From: an uncultured bacterium
GTDB lineage: Bacteria > Oederibacteriota > Oederibacteriia > Oederibacteriales > Oederibacteriaceae
Length of the DNA stretch: 64,000 nucleotides
Direction: 5' to 3'
Assembly: GCA_965112635.1 (NCBI GenBank)
Contig: OZ218778.1
Coordinates: 2,812,007-2,876,006, forward strand
The stretch's first letter is position 1; each line of letters starts with the position of its first letter. Positions 1-9,821 of the stretch are shown here, one piece after another. The translations under genes and the position numbers were made by a program. The notes under the pieces were generated by a model. The model saw only the letters and a list, made by a program, of their open reading frames with translations. It searched no databases and was not told the DNA's origin.

Positions 1-1
1 T

Positions 2-235
2 CTCCAAAGTCTGCCCGCTCCAGTCTCCCAGCACCAGGATAAAATCGGGCTTTTGCCCGGCCATCTGCTTGAGGCAGGGCTTGAGCCCCAGCCACTGCCC
101 TGTGGGCGTCAGGGGCGTATAGGCGATGACCCCGAATTTGAACAGCAGGCTGTCCGTATCCTGCGCCCGGCCGATGGTTCCGGAAACCAGGACAACCGCA
201 ACTAACAATAAAATCACTGCAAGCAATCTATTCAT
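2..235 (-). CDS. Secreted metallophosphoesterase-like protein, 5' part (runs off the window edge)
   Basis: Manual translation MNRLLAVILLLVAVVLVSGTIGRAQDTDSLLFKFGVIA...KPDFILVLGDW: signal peptide plus a PDFxxxxGD motif typical of calcineurin-like phosphoesterases; purine-rich RBS upstream. Confidence 0.5.
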   Translation of the reverse strand, partial: MNRLLAVILLLVAVVLVSGTIGRAQDTDSLLFKFGVIAYTPLTPTGQWLGLKPCLKQMAGQKPDFILVLGDWSGQTLE

Positions 236-262
236 ATTCTCTCCCCTGCCGATTATCCTTAA

Positions 263-1030
263 TTATCTTTCTTGCTTTTTCACCAGATGCGGGATTTGTT
301 TCCAGTCAAACCCCAGCAGCTGGGCCGCAGTCCTGTCCACTTCCACAGGATCAAACCCGGCCACGAGCTTATTGACTGGAGGGTCGCATTGCCGTCCGCC
401 CATATGATATTCCTGCAGGCCGATGGTCGCGTCCAAAACCGTCAGATCCGGGGTGCGGTAACGGTTCAGCTCAATGATGGACTCGTGCATGCGGCTGTGA
501 AAAGCTGATTTTTTCCAGTGCCCGCCCTGCTGGTAATACTTGGGCGGGGCAAAGCCCATCATGTTCTTGAGCGTGCCGGTGATCTTGGCAAAGCTGTGGG
601 CCTTGAGCACAGGCACGGAAATGACAAAATGGCTTAGGGCTATTTCCGGCAGATGGAACTCAGGGAACACCTTGCAAGACTTGTTCTTGCACAGCAGGGT
701 TTTGGCGTGGTTTAAATCCACCAGGGGAACTTGCAGCCTCTGGGAAAGCTCGGTGTAACCCAGCACCTTGAAAGACTGGTCGGTCTCATGCTGGGCTGCG
801 CCGCACCCCTCGGCAATCACTACTTCGGCTTTGGAGCAGGCCCGTATGTATTTAACAATAGCCTCGCAGCACTGCACCGGCGTGGTCACCGGCGGCGCAA
901 TGGCCTCTACCAGGTTGGGTTTGATGAGGATGGCCTTTTGCCTGGCCAGCACCTCAGCGCCGCCTATCCCATCCAGCGCTTCCTTGACGGACTTTTCGTA
1001 AGAGACGAATTCTACGATTTGCATAGCCAT
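263..1030 (-). CDS. DUF362 family Fe-S-associated protein
   Basis: ILIKPNL, IAEG, VPVLKAH, LKNMMG, DPVEVD motifs characteristic of DUF362. Confidence 0.85.
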   Translation of the reverse strand: MAMQIVEFVSYEKSVKEALDGIGGAEVLARQKAILIKPNLVEAIAPPVTTPVQCCEAIVKYIRACSKAEVVIAEGCGAAQHETDQSFKVLGYTELSQRLQVPLVDLNHAKTLLCKNKSCKVFPEFHLPEIALSHFVISVPVLKAHSFAKITGTLKNMMGFAPPKYYQQGGHWKKSAFHSRMHESIIELNRYRTPDLTVLDATIGLQEYHMGGRQCDPPVNKLVAGFDPVEVDRTAAQLLGFDWKQIPHLVKKQER

Positions 1031-1222
1031 ACCTATCTATTTTCGACCTAAATGGGCTAAAGTCAAATTCTAAATCGGTGAGTAGAAAGCATTGATAGTG
1101 GTGCTAAAATTGACGCTGGGCGGCTATTTCAGGCATACAGAAAATTAAAAAAGCTCCCTTGAGTTAATTCTGTTCCGGAAGAATTTACGTGACCACTACA
1201 TACATTAAAAATTGAAATAAAT

Positions 1223-1735
1223 TTAATGACAAAAAAGTGGTGATATAATAATTCCTAGAGTCATGCCAATAAACAACCCTGCTAATAAACCACCCTGCTT
1301 TGAGTCATTTGGTGATAACGATGCACCTAGTATGCATCCAATACCACCCCCAACAATGCCAACACCAACAGAACATAAGGATTTAACGATTAATTTATCC
1401 GTATCATTTGTTTGAGATGTTTGGGTTAACGTACTTGTAGATTGGTCGGGAATATTGTTCTGAGCTAGAACAAGTACACCCACATAATCATTTTTATTTT
1501 GGTTCAAATTCGACTTGTCAAATAGCCCTGCCTTACCCTTTTCTATCCAGATATCATCACAGAGGGCATGACTACCATCATCCGATTTATTCACAACCCC
1601 CTTTTCAATTATTCTCTGATTACTGGCAAGAGGTAAACCAGAATTCAATGCCAACGCCGAACCAGCTGGCAGTACAACTATTAATAATGACAACACTATT
1701 GATGTCTCTTTTGTAATTCGGTTAATAAATTTCAC
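1223..1735 (-). CDS. Hypothetical exported/membrane protein with C-terminal Gly-rich TM hairpin (AT-rich island)
   Basis: 170 aa ORF; N-terminal signal-like segment and C-terminal GxxxG-rich hydrophobic helices; low GC. Confidence 0.6.
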   Translation of the reverse strand: MKFINRITKETSIVLSLLIVVLPAGSALALNSGLPLASNQRIIEKGVVNKSDDGSHALCDDIWIEKGKAGLFDKSNLNQNKNDYVGVLVLAQNNIPDQSTSTLTQTSQTNDTDKLIVKSLCSVGVGIVGGGIGCILGASLSPNDSKQGGLLAGLFIGMTLGIIISPLFCH

Positions 1736-2148
1736 TTTTCCTCCACCAACCTAAAATCATTGTCAACTACCCCCTCATTTATCCTATTAATTAGACTTGT
1801 CGTATGAGTTACTACCTCTAGTCCATCACTGCCCTTCATAATAGTTTTTATCTTTACCGGCATCCATTTCCCCTTGATTTTTTCAATCTCCTCCACCTGT
1901 AGATCAACTACAATGTCTCCCTTACGGTTTAAAAACTTGGCATCCGTGATGAACCCTTTCTCAACATTTACAGTCCAAATCATAGGTGGCATCATCTCTG
2001 TTTCTTTTTTTGGCAATGTCTTGACAACACATATATTTTCTTCCGGTTTGCTGGTTTTATGGTCTATCTCAATATCGTAACCTTTCATCAATTCTTTCAG
2101 GCTTGTTCCCATATCCATATTGCCCTTGATCTGGTTCATCATGCTCAC
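1732..2148 (-). CDS. LolA-like / outer-membrane lipoprotein-sorting fold protein, probably 5'-truncated
   Basis: KIKGKWMPVKI...INEGVVDNDF resembles the C-terminus of lipoprotein-sorting proteins; no signal peptide at the called start. Confidence 0.45.
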   Translation of the reverse strand: MSMMNQIKGNMDMGTSLKELMKGYDIEIDHKTSKPEENICVVKTLPKKETEMMPPMIWTVNVEKGFITDAKFLNRKGDIVVDLQVEEIEKIKGKWMPVKIKTIMKGSDGLEVVTHTTSLINRINEGVVDNDFRLVEEK

Positions 2149-2435
2149 ATCTGCCTTATGATGATGTGTAGTGTGTAACCAAATTCTTTCTGGAATAACA
2201 GAGGTCTAAGGCAAAGGATACCGCCTACTAAGGAGCTGGTCAATGCCAGCCAAGGAGGCGGAAACAACTACCCAAGCAGAGAATACATCCTTTCCAAGGG
2301 CATCTGGAACACAAGCCAAGGAAGTATTTTTTCCAGGCCTTAGTCCTATCAATCTAAGGCAAGCTTTTCTCCAATTTTATCAGCCTCCTCATTCACATCC
2401 AACCCGCGCACCAAGCCCTGGCTGGCCCAGGAATA

Positions 2436-3401
2436 TCAGCCCTGGCCGGAATTGCTCGTTTTCGGCTGATAGTACACATCGCTGGTCGTGCCTTTTCGTT
2501 CTATCCTGGCCTGGTCCACCAGACCCTTCAATAACCGCTGGCAGGTCCTTTGCCTGAGGCTGAACCTGGCCGTGAGGTCATCCACCGTCGCCCTGCCTTT
2601 TTCCTCTATATAGAGCGCCACCTGCTCGCTCATTTTAGAGATGACCCTTTGCCTTGTTTTCCTGGGATGACCGGCCTGGTTTTGGCCCTGAGCCGGCCCA
2701 ACTGCCCCGCTCCCGGGTTTAACAGCCTCTCCGGCCTGGCTCCCCGTACCGGACCCTTTCTGATCGTCCTCTCTCCCCAAATCCCCGGTATCCAGCATGG
2801 AAAGGACGAATAAAGCCAGCAAACGGTCTTTCCAGGGAATGGCCAGGGCTTTTTTGATGGCCTGCGCCTCTGTAGCCGCGGCCTGCGCACCAATGCTTTT
2901 GGCGTGAGCTAGGAACCGCTGGCTCAGCCATTGCAAAGGCGCCAGGATCAGGCAAAACTTGATGGTCAGATCAAGGAAAATAATGTTGTTGAAATCTTTG
3001 TCCCCCAAATAGAATCCGAGTGAATAAGCGCCCAGGATATGCAGGGTGAGCCAGAACAGGACCCAGAAGAACAAGGCATTGATGGAGATTAGCTCCTGCC
3101 AGCCAGGACTGGGCGTTTCCAGGCCCGCGCCAAACCGCGCCCAGGCCCTGAACTCCCGCCAAAGGACATAGAGGCACAGGAGGGTGATATAAATGACGAA
3201 TAAATGGCCAATTTGGGAGAAGTCATTAATGACGTTGATATCATTCCCAAAAGACCTAAAAAAACCAGGGCAATGGGTAAATAGAAAGCCAGTCAGGCGC
3301 ATAGAGCGGACTCTAAGAAGAATAAGGGCCAGATGCAGGCTGCCGCTCACCCAGACCAGCCTGGCCAGGGTGCTTTGGGGGAATTTGATGAGTTTAAACA
3401 T
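2436..3401 (-). CDS. Multi-pass membrane protein with C-terminal winged-helix DNA-binding domain (copy A)
   Basis: About 4 hydrophobic segments, a low-complexity linker, then VALYIEEKGRATVDDLTARFSLRQRTCQRLLKGLVDQARIERKG (wHTH pattern). Start moved to ATG 3401, 7 nt downstream of TATAAT. Confidence 0.7.
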   Translation of the reverse strand: MFKLIKFPQSTLARLVWVSGSLHLALILLRVRSMRLTGFLFTHCPGFFRSFGNDINVINDFSQIGHLFVIYITLLCLYVLWREFRAWARFGAGLETPSPGWQELISINALFFWVLFWLTLHILGAYSLGFYLGDKDFNNIIFLDLTIKFCLILAPLQWLSQRFLAHAKSIGAQAAATEAQAIKKALAIPWKDRLLALFVLSMLDTGDLGREDDQKGSGTGSQAGEAVKPGSGAVGPAQGQNQAGHPRKTRQRVISKMSEQVALYIEEKGRATVDDLTARFSLRQRTCQRLLKGLVDQARIERKGTTSDVYYQPKTSNSGQG

Positions 3402-3408
3402 GGGAGGC

Positions 3409-3417
3409 ATTATACCA
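3409..3417 (-). promoter_or_regulatory. Extended -10 promoter (TGGTATAAT), leaderless start
   Basis: TGnTATAAT located 7 nt before ATG at 3401, with no RBS between them. Confidence 0.6.
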
Positions 3418-3426
3418 AAGGCTCCG

Positions 3427-3581
3427 TCTTGCGCCAATAAGGCAGCCTTGCCTTATCTCGCGCCAATTAAGGAGCGCAGGCAGGACGTTTTAACTATTAC
3501 AGCTATTAAACAAATATAATATCCCTCTGGGCCATCTTACGCCAATAAGCCATCCACCCTGCATCCCCATCTTACGCCAAT
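3427..3581. repeat. Four direct 12-bp boxes TCTYRCGCCAAT upstream of wHTH copy A
   Basis: Copies at 3427, 3456, 3535 and 3570. Confidence 0.75.
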
Positions 3582-3601
3582 GAACTTACCTTGCGGCTGT
3601 T

Positions 3602-4111
3602 TTACCACTTGTCGTAATGGATGATCTCGCTCAGGGGCTTGCGGTTCAAGGTCCCGGTGTCCAGGGAATAGCCCAGCGGGGTCATGGCCAAAATCTGGAT
3701 GCCTGCTGGCACTCCCAGGGTTTCCCTGGCCTTTTCTTCATTGAGCGCTCCCACCCAGCAGGTCCCCAGACCTTCGTTATAAGCGGCCAGGACCAGGTGG
3801 GTCATGGCAATACCCAGGTCAACCATGGCTTCATTAAGCCCGTCCTTGCGCACCCAAGCCTTGGACTGGTCCACGCATCCTACGATAATTACCGGCGCCG
3901 TATAAAACCAAATATTCGGATATGCCTCTTTTAATTTGGTCTTGACCTTTTCGTCCTTGACCACGATAAAATGCCAAGGTTGCCTGTTGGCTGCCGAGGG
4001 GGCTATCCGGACAGCTTCCAATATCCTTTGCAGGGCCTCTTCAGGCACGCTCCGGGTCAGGTCATATTTCCTGACGCTTCTTCTTTCTTGAATGACTTTG
4101 GTAAAATCCAT
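3602..4111 (-). CDS. Nitroreductase family protein
   Basis: RRSVRKY, APSAANRQPWHF, EGLGTCWVG motifs. Confidence 0.9.
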   Translation of the reverse strand: MDFTKVIQERRSVRKYDLTRSVPEEALQRILEAVRIAPSAANRQPWHFIVVKDEKVKTKLKEAYPNIWFYTAPVIIVGCVDQSKAWVRKDGLNEAMVDLGIAMTHLVLAAYNEGLGTCWVGALNEEKARETLGVPAGIQILAMTPLGYSLDTGTLNRKPLSEIIHYDKW

Positions 4112-4157
4112 AATAACCTCCTTGCCCGCCGTAGTTTTAACGAAGGCGGGCTATTAA

Positions 4158-4670
4158 CTACCACTTATTATAATGGACGATCTCGCTCAACGCCTTACGA
4201 CCCGTAACTCTTGGCTTTTCCAGGGAATATCCCAGCGGGGTCATGGCATAGACCCGGACCGGGCCGGGGATCCCCAGTATCTTTTTCACTTTGACCTCAT
4301 CGAACATCCCTATCCAGCAGGTCCCCAGGCCCTCATTGTGGGCCGCCAGGATGAGGTGGGTCATGGCGATGGACAGGTCGCCCAGGCTGTAGTCGAGCCC
4401 GTCCGGCCTGACCCAGGCCTTGGTGGGGTCGCAGCAGGCCACGATGACCACCGGCGCCGCGTGGTCCCAATCCTGCAGATAAACCTCTTCTATCCTCTGT
4501 ATGACCTTGGGGTCTTTGAGTACAACAAAATGCCAGGGCTGGAAATTGCAGGCCGAGGGCGCCGATCGTGCGGCGTCCAGTATCCGTTCCAGGACATCTG
4601 CCGGGACGGGCTTGCTGGTGTCGTATTTCCTGACGCTCCGCCTTTCCTTGATGACCTTGGTAAAGTCCAT
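4158..4670 (-). CDS. Nitroreductase family protein (tandem paralog)
   Basis: RRSVRKY, APSACNFQPWHF, EGLGTCWIG; very similar to 3602..4111. Confidence 0.9.
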   Translation of the reverse strand: MDFTKVIKERRSVRKYDTSKPVPADVLERILDAARSAPSACNFQPWHFVVLKDPKVIQRIEEVYLQDWDHAAPVVIVACCDPTKAWVRPDGLDYSLGDLSIAMTHLILAAHNEGLGTCWIGMFDEVKVKKILGIPGPVRVYAMTPLGYSLEKPRVTGRKALSEIVHYNKW

Positions 4671-4683
4671 GACTACCTCCCCT

Positions 4684-5394
4684 TTATGCTTTAACCGACT
4701 TCACAATGCTTTCATCCGTGGTGGAGACAACCTTATAGCCCGGCTCCACGACCAGGAATCTTTTCTCGTCCCAGCGGCCCTCCACCATATCGCGTAAAAG
4801 TTTTGGGTCGCCTTGGAGAAAATCACATTTCCAGCCCAGCTCTCCAGCGCATTTCTTAGTATACTCCCGGTGGCTGGAGGTGTCCCCGAATCCCAGGTCC
4901 ACATAAGCGGCATTGTTATAATTCTTGAACCAGGCCTGCTCAGTTTCCATCAGGTATTTGGCGTTTTCTTCCCCGTATTTCTCCACATATTCCTGGTATT
5001 TATTCTCCTGCCGCTCTTTGCCCGGCTGGGTGCCTGTTTCTATCCATCCCGGGCTGTACCAGTAAGTGCCGGGATGCTGGTCAAAATATTCCCGGTAACG
5101 CTCACAGGAACCGAGGAAAAAGGTCACGCAGTCATGCGCCCTGACCAGCACGAGTTTATTGGTCTTGGCCTGGAGCCCCTCCACGCCCCGGCTGCACAGG
5201 CCATAGCCTACCAGCACGGCATCGCAGGGCCTGGCCTCATCGCAGGCTTTCTGCAGGGTCTTCAGCAACAGCCCCGGTGTGTTATGCAGTCCCTGCTCTA
5301 AAAAATTAAAAGTGAACTCATGGGGCGACAGGGAGGCGAAGTAGCAGAATTCCCGCCACAGGACCTGGCAGGCAATGACATGGAATTTTCTCAT
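4684..5394 (-). CDS. DUF1638 domain protein
   Basis: GLHNTP, VGYGLCSRG, HDCVTFFLGS, GTYWYSPGW motifs. Confidence 0.8.
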   Translation of the reverse strand: MRKFHVIACQVLWREFCYFASLSPHEFTFNFLEQGLHNTPGLLLKTLQKACDEARPCDAVLVGYGLCSRGVEGLQAKTNKLVLVRAHDCVTFFLGSCERYREYFDQHPGTYWYSPGWIETGTQPGKERQENKYQEYVEKYGEENAKYLMETEQAWFKNYNNAAYVDLGFGDTSSHREYTKKCAGELGWKCDFLQGDPKLLRDMVEGRWDEKRFLVVEPGYKVVSTTDESIVKSVKA

Positions 5395-5407
5395 GGGATA
5401 ACCTCTT

Positions 5408-8400
5408 TTAAAAGGTCACGACTTCGGTGTCCCTGACCATTTGCTTCAGTTCTTTTTGCCAATTTTCCCCACCGGCTTTGCGGGCCAGTTCCACCGCGAT
5501 ATGCCGCGGACGGATGCCCAGCCCGGAATTACGGCTCAGACCCTGGATGCAAGAGGGGCAGTTGGTCAGCATCATGGCGCCCCCCGGCCTTTTTTCCATG
5601 GCGCTGCGGATGGCATCGGCTTTTTGGCCCAGCATCTTGTGGGATATATCCGGCCGGCTCAGCGCCAGGGTGCCCGCCTCCGAGCAGCAATGAGGCACGG
5701 CTTCCAGTTTGCACTCACAGCGCCGTCCCATAATCTCTATGGCCTTGGAATTGAACGAATCGTGGCACGGTTTGTGGTATAGATAATTGCCTCCCCCATC
5801 CACCCTGAGCCCGTATTCCAGGGCCAGTTGGCTGGCGTCCTTGACCCCGCATTCGAAGATCTCGTCCGCGGCCATTCCTTTCAGGGCCTCCATGCAGGTC
5901 CCGCAGCTCACGGCGACGCTGTCAAAGTTGAGGTAGCGGAACATCTCCCGGATTTGGCTGAAGATGATGGTGTCGTCCAAAACTTTGGAGCCCTGCTCGG
6001 CCCTCCTGGCGTTGACGCCAAGCGGAAAGCCGCAGCACAAAAACGGCGGCGGTAGGACCACCTTGATGCCGGCCTTGAGCAGGATATAGAGCGTGGCCTT
6101 GGAAATGTCCGAGTAGAGCCGCTCCGACCCGCATCCCGGAAAATAGAACACCGTAGCGGAAGTTTCCCGTTCCGGCGAGATGAGCAGGGACTGGTAGGAC
6201 TGGCACTCGGGCAGGAACTTGTACAGCGTCTGGGGCGCGGGCCGCTGGATGGCCGTCCTCACGACCGACAAAGGCCAAATGGCCTTAAAACTCATTAAAT
6301 TAGGGACAAAACGCAGCGCTTTGGAGGCCGCCCCCTGTGCCAGGCTACCCCACCGCAGGATGAACTTGCGGAACATGGCGTTGTAAAATTTGGACCGGCT
6401 GGTGAGATAGCTCAGGGTCATCCGGGTCAGCAAGCTGCTGTGCTTGAACTTGCGCGTCTTGAGGATCTCCCGTTCCAGGATGGAGACCTCGCCCGTGTCG
6501 ATGTCCACCGGGCAGGGGGCCAGGCACTTGTGGCAGATGGTGCAGTGGTCGGCGATCTCCTCCAGATATTTGAGGTTCTCGTATTTGGTGGAATGGAACC
6601 TCTGCGCGTCATAAAGCAGGGCCTCGATCAGGGAGGCGATGGCCAGGTTCTTGTTGCGCGGATGAAAGAACATCCCCTGCCTGGCGTAGAACACGCAGCA
6701 GTTGGCCTTGCACCGGCCGCAGCGCACGCACTTGGATATCTTGTCCGCCAGTATCTCCAGGGACCCGTTCTGGATGATGCGGGCCTCCAGCTCCAGCAAA
6801 TTGAATGAGGGCGTGAACACCCGGTCCGGGACCTCCAGGTCCGAGAGCTTACCCGGGTTCATCAGGCCCTGCGGGTCGACCTCCTTGCGGTATTGGTTGA
6901 GCTCCAAAAGCCGCTCCGGCTCCAGATGCTTGAGCTTGGTCACGCCGATGCCGTGCTCGCCGCTCACCACCCCGCCCAGCTCCACGGCCTTAGCCATGAT
7001 GACATCCGCCGTGTCCGCGGCCCGGTGCATCATCTCCCTGTCGTTGGACAGCACCGGAATGTTGACGTGCACGTTGCCGTCCCCGGCGTGCATGTGGGTG
7101 GCGATCACGATGATGCGGTTACGCTCCTCTTTGAACACGCGGTCCATGCCCTGGTGGATGGCTCCGTAGCCCGCGAACAGTTCTTTGAGGGCCGACACCA
7201 GCTCCTTCAAGTACACGCTCTCCCTGAGCTGGCGTTTGCCGGCTTTACCCAGGCTTTCCATCGTCCGCAGGCACAGCTCCGCGGCCGGCCCCAGCTTGGC
7301 GCTGAGCGCTCCGTCCTCCTGCTGGCCGACGGACTGCTCCAAATACTCCTGGAGCCTTTTGATGGTCTGCTGGTGGCTGTATTGCTCCTCATCAATATTG
7401 AACTGCTCGATATACCGGCTGAATTCCGCCAAGACGGTCAGGGGCAGGACGATGTCCTCGTTGAGCTTGAAAGCGTTGGTGCGCCTGGAAATGGCCTCCA
7501 GTTTTTTGCGGTCCTGCCAGAAAAGCTCGGCCTCGGCCTCATCTTTGGCGCTAAAAAGATAGGTGTTCTTGTGGGGTTCCAGCAGGGCCGTTAAACGCTG
7601 CCTGCCCCGCTCCAGCTGCTCCGGCGTATGGCTGACCATGTCCAGGAGGACCACGGCGTTGGGCCGGCCCCCCCGGGCTGATTTGACCTTATAATCAATG
7701 GCCTGGATGTACTCCTCGTCAAAATGCTCCACGGAAAGCAGGGCTTCCTCGCCCTTGTTGATGAACTCCCGGGACAGGTCCAGGTTGACCTGGCTGGCCT
7801 CGTCCGGCGTGCCGAAAAATTCCAGGCAAAAGGTCGCCCTGGCCTCATAGGCCGGGTAAAGGACGAACCGGGCCGAGGTGATGACCCCATCCGTGCCTTC
7901 TTTTTGCAGGCCCGGCAAACCTTTCAGGGATTTGTTGGTGATGTCTTTCCATAGCCCGTTCTTGCGTATCTCATTGCCTCTGAGGACCACGGTAAAGGCG
8001 AGCTGGCCCGTGGCACGGTCCCAGACCTCGAACTTGACCTCGTCCGCCGGCAATATCTTCCTGAGGGGGTGGTTAACCCTCTCCACCCGCCACTCCTTGC
8101 CCCCGGGCATGGAGATGTTGTAGGACAGCACGTTGTCGATGGCCGTGCCCCAGAGCACCGCGGACTTGCCGCCGCTGTTCTCGGACAGGTTGCCGCCCAG
8201 GGTGCAGGCCCAGGCGCTGGTCGGGTCCGTGGCAAAGACCAGCTTGTTCTGGCTGGCCAGGTGCATGGCGTTCTCGGTGATGACCCCGGCCTCCCCTTCC
8301 AGGACCTGGACGTTCCTGGAACGGCCCTGCTCGTCCGTCATGACCGTCATCCGGATGCCCCGGATCTGGTTGAGCTTTTCCGTATTGACCATCACGCAGT

Positions 8401-9019
8401 CCGGCATGACCGGCACATTGCCTCCGGTAAGCCCCGTGCCCGCTCCCCGCGGGATGGCCGAGAGCCCCAGTTTGCCCAGAGCCACCAGGAGCGGCCCGAC
8501 CTGTTCTTCTTTGGAGGGGGTCACCACGGCCAGGGGAAGGTATAACCTCCAGTCCGTGGCATCCGTGGCGTGGCTGACCAGGGTAAAGGGGTCAAAGAGC
8601 ACGTTCTCCGGCCCGATGATGGAGCCCAGGACGCCCTTGAGCCTGCGGCGTTTGCGTTCCTGGCTGGAGAACTCCTTGGCCAGGTCCTCCAGGTAGGCGC
8701 GGCAGCGGGAGATGATGTACATGACGTCGGAGTTGCTGGCCGAGTTCTTTTCGATGATGTCGAGGTCTTTGGTGGCCGCGTCCCGGAGGGTCTTGAGCCT
8801 CTTGGGCGAGTCCGCGAGCTCCTGGGCCAAAAAGGGGTTGCGCCGCAGGATGAACATGTCTCCCATGAACCGCAGGAGCAGTTTGGCCGACCGGCCGGTC
8901 ACCCTCTGGCTGCGCAGGCGCTCCAGGGCGTCCCAGACCCTGAAGTCGAACAGGATCTTGACGATCTGGGAGTCGTCCGCCGAAGTGTAGTTGTATGGTA
9001 TTTCCCTGAACTTGTTCAT
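5408..9019 (-). CDS. FAD-linked oxidase / 4Fe-4S / Cys-rich domain fusion oxidoreductase (GlcD-GlcF-like, DUF3683 type)
   Basis: REIPYNYTS N-terminus, PRGAGTGLTGG, HMHAGDGNVH, SGEHGIG, CVRCGRC and CTICHKC ferredoxin motifs, CCG-type domains. Confidence 0.85.
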   Translation of the reverse strand: MNKFREIPYNYTSADDSQIVKILFDFRVWDALERLRSQRVTGRSAKLLLRFMGDMFILRRNPFLAQELADSPKRLKTLRDAATKDLDIIEKNSASNSDVMYIISRCRAYLEDLAKEFSSQERKRRRLKGVLGSIIGPENVLFDPFTLVSHATDATDWRLYLPLAVVTPSKEEQVGPLLVALGKLGLSAIPRGAGTGLTGGNVPVMPDCVMVNTEKLNQIRGIRMTVMTDEQGRSRNVQVLEGEAGVITENAMHLASQNKLVFATDPTSAWACTLGGNLSENSGGKSAVLWGTAIDNVLSYNISMPGGKEWRVERVNHPLRKILPADEVKFEVWDRATGQLAFTVVLRGNEIRKNGLWKDITNKSLKGLPGLQKEGTDGVITSARFVLYPAYEARATFCLEFFGTPDEASQVNLDLSREFINKGEEALLSVEHFDEEYIQAIDYKVKSARGGRPNAVVLLDMVSHTPEQLERGRQRLTALLEPHKNTYLFSAKDEAEAELFWQDRKKLEAISRRTNAFKLNEDIVLPLTVLAEFSRYIEQFNIDEEQYSHQQTIKRLQEYLEQSVGQQEDGALSAKLGPAAELCLRTMESLGKAGKRQLRESVYLKELVSALKELFAGYGAIHQGMDRVFKEERNRIIVIATHMHAGDGNVHVNIPVLSNDREMMHRAADTADVIMAKAVELGGVVSGEHGIGVTKLKHLEPERLLELNQYRKEVDPQGLMNPGKLSDLEVPDRVFTPSFNLLELEARIIQNGSLEILADKISKCVRCGRCKANCCVFYARQGMFFHPRNKNLAIASLIEALLYDAQRFHSTKYENLKYLEEIADHCTICHKCLAPCPVDIDTGEVSILEREILKTRKFKHSSLLTRMTLSYLTSRSKFYNAMFRKFILRWGSLAQGAASKALRFVPNLMSFKAIWPLSVVRTAIQRPAPQTLYKFLPECQSYQSLLISPERETSATVFYFPGCGSERLYSDISKATLYILLKAGIKVVLPPPFLCCGFPLGVNARRAEQGSKVLDDTIIFSQIREMFRYLNFDSVAVSCGTCMEALKGMAADEIFECGVKDASQLALEYGLRVDGGGNYLYHKPCHDSFNSKAIEIMGRRCECKLEAVPHCCSEAGTLALSRPDISHKMLGQKADAIRSAMEKRPGGAMMLTNCPSCIQGLSRNSGLGIRPRHIAVELARKAGGENWQKELKQMVRDTEVVTF

Positions 9020-9047
9020 TGTCTTTTTCCGTTCCGGTGAAAAGAGG

Positions 9048-9701
9048 TCAGCCCATCAACACGGCGTAAGCCGAGGAAATGACGGGCAAAAAGAACGTTC
9101 CAAAAATGCTGCTGTGGTCAAAAATGGGCAGCAGAAGGAACAAGATAAGGAACATCCCCCACTGCTCCACCCTCATCAGGCGAAGGACCATGGTCTGGGG
9201 CAGCAGGCTGTACAGGATCTTGGAGCCGTCCAGCGGCGGAATGGGCACCAGGTTGAAAAAACCCAGAACAAGGTTGAGCTGGACGCTGGCGATGCTGATC
9301 TCGCGGAAAAGCACCCATGCGGTCAAGCCCGTGTTGCTGTTCTGTTCGACCCACCCCTGGGTGAGCAAAAGGACTTTGAAAACCCCCGCGCAGACAAGGG
9401 CCAGTAGAAAATTAGCCCCGGGCCCGGCCGCGGATACCAGGATGGTATCCCTGCGGAAGTTCTTGAGCTTGGTGAAATTCACGGGCACCGGCTTGGCCCA
9501 GCCGATCATCTGGGTCAAAACCAGGACAATGGTCCCCAAAAGGTCCAGGTGGGCAAAAGGGTTGAGGGTCAGCCTCCCCGCCATATAGGCCGTGTCGTCG
9601 CCCCTCCAGTAGGCCATCATGCCGTGGGCGTACTCGTGGATGGTGATAGCCATCAAAAAGGAGATGGCCAGGGGGGTGTACATGAGTATGTATTCTCGCA
9701 T
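9048..9701 (-). CDS. Site-2 protease (M50) family protein
   Basis: HEYAH zinc motif and FNLVPIPPLDGSK. Confidence 0.9.
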   Translation of the reverse strand: MREYILMYTPLAISFLMAITIHEYAHGMMAYWRGDDTAYMAGRLTLNPFAHLDLLGTIVLVLTQMIGWAKPVPVNFTKLKNFRRDTILVSAAGPGANFLLALVCAGVFKVLLLTQGWVEQNSNTGLTAWVLFREISIASVQLNLVLGFFNLVPIPPLDGSKILYSLLPQTMVLRLMRVEQWGMFLILFLLLPIFDHSSIFGTFFLPVISSAYAVLMG

Positions 9702-9821
9702 GACGGATTCCTTTGCTTGCGGCCTGAAGCCGCTAAAAATTGCTTAATTATAGCACAGACAGGCCCGTCCGCTTAACGGGAAGGCCCCATCCGGCGGCAG
9801 GCCCTTACCCTTTCCAGGAGC

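Noticed and set aside
3602-4670. Tandem nitroreductases plus a third at 14328 as a special system
   Set aside because: Paralog expansion of this family is common; nothing else is distinctive.
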